Positions 11,557 through 23,917 of a stretch of 64,000 nucleotides of DNA are shown one piece after another (the first letter of the stretch is position 1; each line of letters begins with the position of its first letter). A program made the position numbers and the translations under genes. The stretch is from Octopus bimaculoides (Eukaryota): assembly GCF_001194135.2 (NCBI RefSeq), contig NC_068995.1:57357591-57421590 (forward strand), in the 5' to 3' direction. The notes beneath the pieces were generated by a model. That model made no database searches. It was not told the DNA's origin and worked only from the letters and a program-made list of their open reading frames with translations.

Positions 11557-12566
11557 ATATGGACTTGATAGCCGTACACCCAGGAGAGAGCTTACCTGAG
11601 TTCTATTTGATTCGTTGAATCCCTATTCCTGTTATATATAAATATAAAGATACATACACACATACTTGCATACACAAGGGGAGGGGTGTTTTATAAATAT
11701 TTGTATTTAGTTGTATGAATATATATGTATATGTGTGTGTGTATATATATATGTATATATATATATGCTAAACCATTGTGTGTGTGTTTGTAGTGAAAAT
11801 AGCTCAATTTTGTTGATTCTTCAATTTTTGAATCTTTAGATATCACTTTGAGGATAATGGATTCTTGTCTGAAAACATTTGCCATAATCTTTTCTTTTTA
11901 GATTCTTGCTTTGAATAATTCTTAGACGAATAATAATGCGAACCTATATTATTAGAACCAACTACATTGGCAATAAAGGCTTCACTCTCCTTTCCAGTAT
12001 TCGCTTGCAAAACTTTGTTCCACTTCTTTTTTACATAAAGCTGATACTGAGATCATTTAGAAATTAATAATAATAATAATATTTACAACAGAAGCAGCAA
12101 CATCAGCAGCATGAACACCACCGGCACCACTCCCACCATCACTATCAGCATTGATTAATCAGTTGTTTCCACTGTGTTTGTTTGTTTGTTTCTTCGTTTA
12201 TCTAAGTTTTTTTTTCTTTTCTTCTCTTCTTTTTTTCTTTCTTTTGTGATCTCCAATTGACTCTCTGAATAACTGGCTGTTTATGCTGACAGTGGGTCTT
12301 GAAGTGCTTGTCATCCTGTGTTAAGTGTGTTCAAATGTGTGTGTGTGTGTATGTGTAGTCTTGTGAGTGTTTGTGTGTATGTCATGTTTCCTCTATGTAG
12401 GTCCTGTTCTTATCTTTTCTTATTATGATGTATATATAATAGTTATTTAATAGTATTTAGTCTGAAGAATCCAAGATCATTTTGGCTCAACTTATTTTAG
12501 ACTACAGAAAGAGTTTTCGCCATAAAATGAGTATTATTATTTGTTATGCTTTTGTTATCATTACTG

Positions 12567-12598
<32 letters not shown>

Positions 12599-13038
12599 CA
12601 TTTTTTATTACCTTTTCATTTTACCTTCTTACCTTTTTATTTTACTTTATTACTATAATTATTATTATTATTATTATTTGCTATCATTATTTATTTAATT
12701 ATTTATTATCATTATTGTTGATGTTTACAATCATTTTCTTCAATAAAAACTGTAGAAACACTACTGATAAGATCTGAAGATAAATATACATATATACATA
12801 TATATACATATATATATATATANNNNNNNNNNNNNNNNNNNNNNNNNNNNNNNNNNNNNNNNNNNNNNNNNNNNNNNNNNNNNNNNNNNNNNNNNNNNTA
12901 TACTAATTGTTAAAGTTAAGTCTCTGTTAATTGCTGTTTGCCATTATTTTCCCATTTTAATTGAGAGGTTTAGTCATATTATTTTAGTGTCTTTAGTTTT
13001 TCCATTGTCCAATTGATGTTATGTCCCCTACTCCACAG

Positions 13039-13131
13039 GGTTGGACAATTCCACTGGCGAGGTGCTTGGGACTACCATTATGGAGCATCAGCTTGGGGGT
13101 GACATTTCATTTAATACTAATAGCCTTGCAG
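13039..13131 (+). CDS. Candidate cassette exon, copy 2; phase 1 to 1, xLDNSTGEVLGTTIMEHQLGGDISFNTNSLA(G)
   Basis: Same acceptor tcccctactccacag, 93 nt, donor CAG|gttagt. Open in phase 1 (also phase 0). 13018-13057 matches 4246-4285 at 37 of 40 nt. Confidence 0.55.
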
Positions 13132-13561
13132 GTTAGTAATTATTTATGATCCCAATTTCATCATTTTATCTCTGGTTCTTTTAAGGACGTTCTAGTTTCA
13201 TGTCATTATTATTATTATTATTAAAATTCTACAATTTATATATATACATACGTATATATATATATATATATATATATAATTTCTTTGTTTTCTATAATTT
13301 TTAAACATTGTTTTTATTTTTTTTATTTTTTTACACGTTCTATTTTCTGCAAATATTTACATATGTACATGTGTGTGTGTGTGTGTATATATATGTATAT
13401 ATACATATACATATATGCATACATGTACACATATATATATATACAAATACATATATGCATACATACATGTATACACATATATATATATGCACACATGTTT
13501 GTTTGTGTGTGTATATATATATATGTATATGTATATGTATATATATCTATATCTGTATATA

Positions 13562-13599
<38 letters not shown>

Positions 13600-13609
13600 T
13601 GTATGTATG

Positions 13610-13669
<60 letters not shown>

Positions 13670-14127
13670 TTAAGAGATGTCCCATTTATGTTGAAGTTTA
13701 AAGCCAGATCTGTTTTGCTTTTTTTTCACCCACACCCAGTATATTTTTAGTTGTTTCTTTTCAAAAATTTTAGTATTTACAAACAAAAAAAGAAAAAAAA
13801 AAGAGAAAAAAAGAAATTCTCAGAGAAAAATGAAAATGTTAGTTTTAATTTCTGCATTGATTCTTCTGCCAATTTGTCTTTCGGTTTGTTAGAATATTAT
13901 GAGTCTTACTGCTTTCTCTCACTTTAGCTCTTTACATTATTTTGGAAGACAGTTCATAATTTATCTTTTTCTTCTCTATTCCCCTCATTCCCCACTTGAA
14001 GTCTACATTAGGCAGTAGTTATCTTATTGGTCTGTGGATAATCTCAGGAGGATATAATCTATTGATTAACTCTGATATTTTATTCCTAGTCCATTTTTAT
14101 CAGCTTTATATATATATATATATATAT

Positions 14128-14196
<69 letters not shown>

Positions 14197-16483
14197 NNNN
14201 NNNNNNNNNNNNNNNNNNNNNNNNNNNNNNNNNNNNNNNNNNNNNNNNNNNNNNNNNNNNNNNNNNNNNNNNNNNNNNNNNNNNNNNNNNNNNNNNNNNN
14301 NNNNNNNNNNNNNNNNNNNNNNNNNNNNNNNNNNNNNNNNNNNNNNNNNNNNNNNNNNNNNNNNNNNNNNNNNNNNNNNNNNNNNNNNNNNNNNNNNNNN
14401 NNNNNNNNNNNNNNNNNNNNNNNNNNNNNNNNNNNNNNNNNNNNNNNNNNNNNNNNNNNNNNNNNNNNNNNNNNNNNNNNNNNNNNNNNNNNNNNNNNNN
14501 NNNNNNNNNNNNNNNNNNNNNNNNNNNNNNNNNNNNNNNNNNNNNNNNNNNNNNNNNNNNNNNNNNNNNNNNNNNNNNNNNNNNNNNNNNNNNNNNNNNN
14601 NNNNNNNNNNNNNNNNNNNNNNNNNNNNNNNNNNNNNNNNNNNNNNNNNNNNNNNNNNNNNNNNNNNNNNNNNNNNNNNNNNNNNNNNNNNNNNNNNNNN
14701 NNNNNNNNNNNNNNNNNNNNNNNNNNNNNNNNNNNNNNNNNNNNNNNNNNNNNTATATATAGTGACTGACTAAATTATATGCTATGTAAAACTATTGTTG
14801 TATATTATTGGCAAAATATTCTGTTGTTTGATCTGAACAGAAGTTGTTATAATCTATTGTATTAAAGCAAAAATGTAAAATATATGAAAAGAAAAGTTTG
14901 TTTATAAGATACTTTTATACCATTGGTTAGTTTGCCTTTAAGAAAATATCAGGATACCATCCAAGAAGATCAAAATTTAATATCCGACCACATGACTCTA
15001 TTCTTAGTAAAATTGGAAATCTTCATCTTCAATTTCATCATTTGTTCTAACGGTAAACGTGTATCATCCAAAAGTACGACACATTTTCGGAGCATCAAGT
15101 TCATTGTAAAAATTATCAAATGTTTTGTTGGTTTACTTTGATTTCAAATTCTCCCACGATTATTATATCTTGAAGTGGAATCCATCAGGTTAATATATTA
15201 TCTCTTGAAGAATTCATTTTGATGTGCAAACAACCCGAAAATGATGTCTTCAAAAGACACTTCACTGATCCATTGGGTTTTTATTCCAAACATGTCATTC
15301 AGTAAAGTACTAAAGGAACTTTAATTTGAAAACAAATTCAAATGTATCTGTTTGATTATTCTGAAAAATACGTAAAAGTTTTGAGTGAAGTTCCAAGTGC
15401 TTCGAATAATTTAATAATTCTAAACTTTGGGGAGGCAAAAGGCTTGTATATTTGGGTGATGTTTCTATTTTATTCCTGTGTTTGATGGGTTGATGGCATC
15501 AACATGCTTATTATGTATGATTAAATGATTGCATCTTCATCTTCACTGTATTTATTCTTCACACTGGTCTCAATCTTAAAAGAAAATTGATGGGTAACAA
15601 AACAATAATAATAAAAGGACAGTGCTTAATTGAACTTGAAGAAAATTAATCAGAATATCTTACTGTTTTTAAAAATTATGACCATAGAGTAAACATAAAC
15701 ATAACCTCTCCCCCACCCTTCCCCACCCCAGCTCAATTACTTTTGCAGTCGTGTTTAAAATTTTGTGTAATCACTATAAGCAAATGATGTAAATAACTTG
15801 AATCTTGAAGTATATCTGTAATCATTTCTTGGGAGATGGGACTAAGCAAAAAGATGTGATAGGTACAAGGCACTAATTGAGATTATGGAGGTAATTATTA
15901 AAGAACTGTCTACCTTATTTTCAGTAAAGTGGTCTTATTTATAGATTGTGTGAGTTCTGTAACAGCTGGTCACTTGAGATCTATAAAGAAAAATTTATAT
16001 ATTTTTCTGAAATAACTTCTAAAAAAAAATCATCTTCTTGAAAAACAATGATTTAACTATTTTCCTCGTTATTTCCAAAACAATTTGATGCCATATATAT
16101 ATTCTGCTAGTATTTATATCTTTCAGTTTTTTTCTTTTTTAAAGAGCCATTAACATTTCGAACATTTTGAGTGAGTGAGTGCTCAGCACAAGTGAGCAAA
16201 TGTGCTTGCCTGCAAGTGTAGTACATTTATACATAATTATTATAATTACATCTCTTTACACACACACACACACAAACTGATATATACAATCACACACACA
16301 CATTCATAAGCATATAATCTTGTGTTTATCAGTACAAGTAAATGCAAATAAGTGAACATCAGTAAATAAATATATGAAAGTCACAACTTCCCTCTCCTCA
16401 GAGACTATGAAATCAGTCAAGCATTGGTAGATATAACAATACAAAATGCCAATTGTCTTTATTCGTTTATTACAATTCCAAAT

Positions 16484-16524
<41 letters not shown>

Positions 16525-16762
16525 TTTGTGTATTTGGACACAACAACCTGCACCAGATTTTGTTGTTGTTGCCAAAACTATGACATAATGTCTTGCTGAT
16601 TGCTGCATCCAAATGGCTGGCAGATAGTGTGGAAAGAACCAGGGTAATTAAATCTTGATGCGATTTTCTGCAAGTGCTTCTTGAGCACTTCAGTGTTTCC
16701 CATGGAAAACAAAAACAAAACAAGCACAGCAGTCTCTAACCACGTTGATTCCAACACAGATA

Positions 16763-16872
16763 CATGTCTACACTCACACACACACATGCACACACACACA
16801 CATGTCTACACTCACACACACACATGCACACACACACACATGTCTACACTCACACACACACACATGCACACA
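16763..16872. repeat. Higher-order repeat of a compound microsatellite, 38-bp unit x about 3
   Basis: CATGTCTACACTCACACACACACATGCACACACACACA starts at 16763, 16801 and 16839. Confidence 0.9.
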
Positions 16873-17194
16873 AGACCAGAACAGGAGGAACATTTTGCAG
16901 GTTCTCTTAGACTGGCAAGATTGATGAAATGTCAATGGGTGGGGGATGGGGGAAAGGCTCAGCTCTGAATGTTTGTAATATTGTGAACTCTGCGGAAAGC
17001 CTCCATGGAACCAATGGCAGACACTGTTACACCGGATGTGCATGTGTCTGTGCATCTATATATATGATGCTGCACCATAGGATGTTTTCTGTTTTTTTTC
17101 CTTTCTGTAAAGTTAACTGAAGTGATTGTTGTTTATTTGTCAGTGATTAAAACCTGAAGAGGGCAATGGAGAAGACTTGCTGTCTTGTATTATT

Positions 17195-17522
<328 letters not shown>

Positions 17523-17923
17523 TCTTGTCTCCATTGTTGTTGTTGTTTCTTTCACCCATACGTAAAAGACTTAAAGCTCTGTCGCTGTGTGCTTGTAGTG
17601 TTATTGTGTGTGTGGATGTGTTGATGTTGGCTGTGTCGCTGTCTACTGATATGGTGGCCCATTTTTATGTGAGAATCCAGTTAAATAATTGAGAATTGAT
17701 ATTAACTTGACTCTCTAAGGTTTTTCTATTCAAATAACATGCATTGTACTGACAACTGCTTTCTCAACACAACTCTCTACCTATCTACCTCTATTTCTCC
17801 CTCCCCCCTCTCTCTCTCTCTCTTTCTCTCTGTGGGCTATTTACACTGTAAAGAAAAGTTCTCTTTTATCCCACTGTGAAATACATTATTCTGATTAAAT
17901 CACATAAGTGTGCATGCACGATA

Positions 17924-17975
<52 letters not shown>

Positions 17976-18552
17976 NNNNNNNNNNNNNNNNNNNNNNNNN
18001 NNNNNNNNNNNNNNNNNNNNNNNNNNNNNNNNNNNNNNNNNNNNNNNNNNNNNNNNNNNNNNNNNNNNNNNNNNNNNNNNNNNNNNNNNNNNNNNNNNNN
18101 NNNNNNNNNNNNNNNNNNNNNNNNNNNNNNNNNNNNNNNNNNNNNNNNNNNNNNNNNNNNNNNNNNNNNNNNNNNNNNNNNNNNNNNNNNNNNNNNNNNN
18201 NNNNNNNNNNNNNNNNNNNNNNNNNNNNNNNNNNNNNNNNNNNNNNNNNNNNNNNNNNNNNNNNNNNNNNNNNNNNNNNNNNNNNNNNNNNNNNNNNNNN
18301 NNNNNNNNNNNNNNNNNNNNNNNNNNNNNNNNNNNNNNNNNNNNNNNNNNNNNNNNNNNNNNNNNNNNNNNNNNNNNNNNNNNNNNNNNNNNNNNNNNNN
18401 NNNNNNNNNNNNNNNNNNNNNNNNNNNNNNNNNNNNNNNNTTATTATTATTATTATTAATCTTTTCTACCCTTTGCATCACTTTGCAAATAATTTCTCAT
18501 ATCTGATATTTTTTCCTTTTTCATACACACGCACACCCGTGTACATATATAG

Positions 18553-18599
<47 letters not shown>

Positions 18600-19022
18600 A
18601 CATATATATATGTGTGTTTATATATATATGTAAACATCATCATTTTATTCTGTCTGTTAATGCATCGATAGATCTTTTATTCATTAGTTGTTAGTATTTA
18701 ACATTGCCATGAAGTTAGCACTAACCAAAATTCTTCAGAAACCTTTTTGTTATTTTCCCCACCCTCTCAACCCCACCCTCAACTGTTCATGCAACATAGT
18801 TCAGGACCAAACTAGTAACTTCTCACCTGACCTACTAAACATTTCTGCTGGTTCTCTATGGTCACAACTCTCTGCGTTATTAGAAATATGTTTTACTGGT
18901 AAAACACAAAAAACATTTAGAATTCTGATAGTATTGAGGCAAAGGATTTTGAGCCTCAAGATTCAAACTTTGCTGTGAACATTGAAATGTTTCTCTTCTC
19001 TCTGTTGTCCTTCAATTTAAAG

Positions 19023-19058
19023 AGATGGTGGAAAGAAGAAGAACCTGTCAGTATTTAG
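19023..19058 (+). CDS. Candidate 36-nt exon (phase 1 EMVERRRTCQYL; phase 2 DGGKKKNLSVF)
   Basis: Long polypyrimidine tract ending aag; donor TAG|gttagt; length divisible by 3. Confidence 0.3.
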   Translation, partial: RWWKEEEPVSI

Positions 19059-20162
19059 GTTAGTTCTGGAACCATGGACTTAGCCCAGCCACAATTGTGT
19101 AGAAATGGTTGTAAGATCAGAGTGAAAACAACTTCAGCTTAATAATGTATTGAAGTACCTAGTACTCTAAACCAGTGTCTGCATATTCCACTGTTTAGAA
19201 GTTAAATTGACCATGTCCAGCTTAAATATTCTTGGCTGGATATTCTGTTTCTGTGCTTTGTTTTCTGCTAAACATGGGTGATAACACTGAACATGTTTCT
19301 CCCTTTTTGAATGTCATCAGTGGAAATATAGACAAGCTCTAAACTGGCTGAAGTGGTTGCAAGTGGATTATGAAGTAGAAATGAACGGAAATGAATGCTT
19401 GTTGGCCGAGAATGGAAGAGGTAATAAATTTAAAAAATAAAGAGTTGGAATAGAAATGAAATAATTCTGAGATGCTACCTACATGGTAAATATTGAATGT
19501 GAACCTGGTTTAGCATCTTTTGTCCTTGCAGATGGATGGCTGTGCGGGTGTCAGTGGGCGGGCACTCTTCCTCATGCTCTCTCTTATTTCCAATCTTTCC
19601 ATGCACCATTGAAATTAGAACTCATTGCCATCAATAACTCTAGTCATACACACCTCAAACGTGCAAATGTGTGTGTGTGTATGTTTGTGTGTGTGTGTGT
19701 GGAGGAGATGTGTTGGGTAAATAACTGATTAGATAAAGAGTTCATCTATTAGCCTTCGTAGTCTCGTGGACTCTGATCCTATCATCCTTTCAGGGTTGAT
19801 AACATAAGTATTAGCTAAACATTGGGGTCAATATAATTAACTGGCCCCATGAATTTCATGTCTTGCAGTTGCCTGAGATCAGTCATTATCCAACACACCA
19901 GTAATTGGGCAGTAATGTTTATAATAAACACCTTGACCGTATCTATTATGAAGAGGCAACTTTACACTTTATCCTGAAGATGAGACTGTGAAAGTCTAAG
20001 CATGTTGGTGATAGAGTTAGGAACTTTACTGTTCCAAACAAATTCAAGGAATTCACAATATAAAAGTCCTTTGATTAAAATGGTAAAACCTATGTCATGT
20101 TCCCAATACATATCTAACAGAAGAGCTGCTGTTCCCTAAATACGTGTGTGAGTGTACATACA

Positions 20163-20244
<82 letters not shown>

Positions 20245-20299
20245 TTCATTGCAGTTGGGGTATTATTGTTATGCTTTCATTTGCATATTTATCTATCCT

Positions 20300-20830
20300 A
20301 CCACCACCACCACCACAAACCTCTCACCTCCACCCCAGCCCCACCATCTAGTTAACGTTGCTTTAAGTTTTATTGATTAATTAACACCATCTGGTATGTA
20401 CTGTATAGCTACCAGACATTGACGATATTTTGGCATTCTCTGGTTACGCACTAACATCACCACCACCACCACCACCACTATCATGACCATGGCTATCACC
20501 AACAACAACGACATCGTCATCATCATCATCATCATCATTACTTCTTACTAGCACTATCATCACAACAACCATGGCTGTGGCCACTCTCTCTTTTGACAGC
20601 TTTATATAGCCTTGCCGCCTTACTACTGCTGTTTCTTTTAATACTGCTCTGACATCACCACCACCACCACAAACGATCACTACAAGAATAATCACCACTA
20701 ACACTGCTACTCCGTACCTGGTCCTCTTCTTTTCAATTCTGAATTCTTCCTCTGTCTTCTCCATCGCCACCACCACCACCACCACCACCACCACCACCAC
20801 CACCACCATCATCATCATCATATCATCACC
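20300..20830. repeat. (CAC)n/(CAT)n low-complexity region
   Basis: Multiple interrupted trinucleotide runs. Confidence 0.9.
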
Positions 20831-21231
20831 TTCACTGCTCTTTACCAATGCTACTTAGCTTTACAACTGTGCCATTGTATGCAACTATAACAGCATTCAT
20901 TGTAGCTACTTTTAAGTAGCACTGCTTCACACTGCTGCTAATGAAATCAATCATTCAGGGTAGGCCTGTGTCAGAAAGCTTACCAAACAACTAAACTTGA
21001 TGATGATAATGATGATGATGGCTGTGGCAGTAATAATAATAATAATAATAATAATGATAATAATACTGGCTGGTTGCATTCTTTTCTTTTTTCACTCCCC
21101 TACACCTAAAAGGGCTACAACTATCCCCCACCTATTTTTCATGAAGTATAAATTGTCTCTTTTTATTCTGCAATTTCTAGTAAAATAGGATCATTCAAGT
21201 AAAACATTGCATGCTGCTGCTGATGATGATG

Positions 21232-21263
<32 letters not shown>

Positions 21264-21326
21264 AACAATGATGAGAGCAGGGAAGGAAAAAATGCTAAAA
21301 TTTCTTTACCCCTGTTGTTTATTAAG

Positions 21327-21359
21327 GGTTTGGTAATGTCCCCTCCTCCTGGACAGTTA
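21327..21359 (+). CDS. Candidate 33-nt exon (GLVMSPPPGQL or xFGNVPSSWTV)
   Basis: Acceptor tttctttacccctgttgtttattaag; donor gtgagt. Confidence 0.25.
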
Positions 21360-21582
21360 GTGAGTTCCCTCATTTCTATAATGCATGATGGGTGATGTAG
21401 GGGGGAGAGCAAAGTGGATTTTGTTTCCATCCCCCTCTTACAATCATTTTGCTTCATTTCACTGAAATAGTTTTGTCTCTGGGCAATGCATTCTTATTCC
21501 TTACAACTTCCTCTCTTTCTCTCTCACTCTCACCTAAATATTTCAATATAAGCCAAGATATATATATATATATATATATATG

Positions 21583-21892
21583 TGTGCCAGTGGCATGTAA
21601 AAAGCACCATTCGAGCATGATCATTGCCAGCGCTGCCTTACTGGCACATGAAAAACAACATTCAAGCATGGTTGTTGCCAGTGCCACCGGACTGGCTCTT
21701 GTGCCAGTGGCACGTAAAAGCACTCACTACACTCTTGGAGTTGTTGGCGTTAGGAAGGGCATTCAGTTGTAGAAACTCTGCCAAATCAGATTGGAGCTTG
21801 GTGCAACCTTCTAGCTCACCAGTCCTCGGTCAAACCATCCAACCCATGCCAACATGGAAAGCGGATGTTAAATGACGATGATGATGATGATG
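21583..21892 (+). mobile_element. SINE family C with internal tandem subrepeats
   Basis: Three tggcac/atg..aaaa.ca blocks, then ggcgttaggaagggcatt...aaccatccaacccatgccaacatgg...(gat)n. Confidence 0.85.
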
Positions 21893-21934
21893 TATTTATA
21901 TACATATCTAATTCTTTTCCTCATTCTTTCTTTT

Positions 21935-22070
21935 CTTTCTTCTGATGAAGGGCTAGCATCTGATACATCAAAGACTCTTTCCTTTCCTTTTATACTAATA
22001 ACATCTTTGTTAAAATTTGTTCCCCTTGTTTTGTTTTCTGTTTTTGCTCTCATTACTGTATATATATATA
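21935..22070 (+). mobile_element. Penelope-like element terminal fragment, second copy
   Basis: CTGATGAAGGGCTAGC...CAAAGACTCTTTCC...ACTAATAACATCTTTGTT aligns with the 7.1 kb copy; both end in (TA)n. Confidence 0.45.
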
Positions 22071-22424
22071 TATGTATATATATGGTACTCGCTTTATGTT
22101 AATTCTCAGGTAATTTCTTCTTCTGGATACATTCCAAACTATTGTTGAATTAACCCTTGTTGGTTTTACAGTGCTACTGTGGTTGTTAGTTCTCTAGTTG
22201 CTGTGGAACCCATATTCAACCAGAGAAACTTGGGCATTTCAGAGTTGAATGTGTTAGTCAATAGACACAGTATGTTGGTCAGTAATGATATAACACCTGC
22301 CAGCCTCTTGGGTGATGGTTTCCTTTCTTCTTCTGATGATGGCCTTGTGATGCATACTCTGTCAGTTTTGAGCCTTCCATAGTTTGATCAACTGAACTAT
22401 CTGTTTGTTTAAATTAATATATAA

Positions 22425-22692
22425 GTGGCTGAGTACTCCTCAGAGTTGGTTGGGACAAAATCTGCATGACACAGCATGTGACAAGGTTTGACCTTTGAAT
22501 TGCAGGTACAATCTATCTAAAGGACTGCCACCCCACCCCACCCCCACCCCCGTCCACTCAGTTTCATTCACAACACCTGAATCCACCTGATGCTGTAGGA
22601 AAAGTCATTTTGCTTCCGATGTTATACATTAGGATTGAAACTTGAATCTTACAATTACAAAGTGAACTTCTTAACCACTCGGCCATCTGCCT
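22425..22692 (-). mobile_element. tRNA-headed SINE family G
   Basis: The minus-strand head GGCAGATGGCCGAGTGGTTAAGAAG...GTTTCAATCC has A-box and B-box-like motifs. Confidence 0.65.
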
Positions 22693-23026
22693 GCATTCAT
22701 TCCTTACTGGCCAAATTACACCCCTNNNNNNNNNNNNNNNNNNNNNNNNNNNNNNNNNNNNNNNNNNNNNNNNNNNNNNNNNNNNNNNNNNNNNNNNNNN
22801 NNNNNNNNNNNNNNNNNNNNNNNNNNNNNNNNNNNNNNNNNNNNNNNNNNNNNNNNNNNNNNNNNNNNNNNNNNNNNNNNNNNNNNNNNNNNNNNNNNNN
22901 NNNNNNNNNNNNNNNNNNNNNNNNNNNNNNNNNNNNNNNNNNNNNNNNNNNNNNNNNNNNNNNNNNNNNNNNNNNNNNNNNNNNNNNNNNNNNNNNNNNN
23001 NNNNNNNNNNNNNNNNNNNNNNNNNN

Positions 23027-23080
<54 letters not shown>

Positions 23081-23874
23081 ATTCATTTTATGTCAATCTA
23101 TTGTTTCTTCTCTTTCAACAACAATAAACAATTTAATATTCTCTACCCTCTTTCCTCACACGCTCTCTCTCTCTCTCTTGTCTTTGGTACATTCTCACAT
23201 TATCTTCTGTAACACATCTCCACCATTTTGTCTTCTTAATGTCCAAAGTTGCTGCTGTTGCTGCAATTGTTGTTATTGCATTGCCATAGTAATAGTTAAT
23301 TAATAGTTAATGTTGTTGTTGTTATTACTATTATTATTATTATTGTCATAGTAATAGTTCATTATTGAATAGTTAACTATTTTAATGGCTTATTTAGACT
23401 TGTCTTTTGGATAATAATTTTACAAGTTCTTTATTTCTCTTCTTAATTCTTTTTGTGTGTGTGTGTGTATGTGTGGGGGTGTCTGTGAGTCTGTCTGTGT
23501 GTCTGTCTACATTCCTTAGATTAAGAAATTATTTCCAGTAGTTTTTTTTAAATTTTAATTATCAACATTTAAAAAAAATAAAATAAATGAACGACGAAGG
23601 AAATTCTAACCTAGAGATTATTATTAAGTTTTATGTCTAGCAGGTAAACTAGGAAAGGTTGTGAAAGTTTATATTCTGAATATATACATAACAATTTAGT
23701 CTTGCTCAGATAATTAAAAACCTTAGAATACATTTAGCTTGTCAATGTTTCTCTCTCTCTCTCTGTCTCTTTCACTTCCTCTCTTTCTCTAACTCACTCA
23801 CCTCACCTCTCATGAATTATTCATTATGTGTGAAAAGTTTTGGTAGCCACTTCTTACCCTCCTCCTATAGACAC

Positions 23875-23917
<43 letters not shown>

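Noticed and set aside
11596-11628. Minus-strand 33-nt segment with CAG|gtaagc donor
   Set aside because: The acceptor is (TA)n-derived and two of three phases have stops.
12048-12068. bantam-like TGAGATCATT
   Set aside because: Only the seed region matches and there is no precursor hairpin.
18827-18871. Minus-strand 45-nt exon-like segment (CAG|gtgaga donor, two open phases)
   Set aside because: Weak polypyrimidine tract and opposite strand to the better-supported pair; kept as evidence of the false-positive rate.
22179-22382. Plus ORF of 67 aa; possible antisense of an RTE fragment
   Set aside because: Minus frames contain stops and only vague similarity to RTE C-termini.
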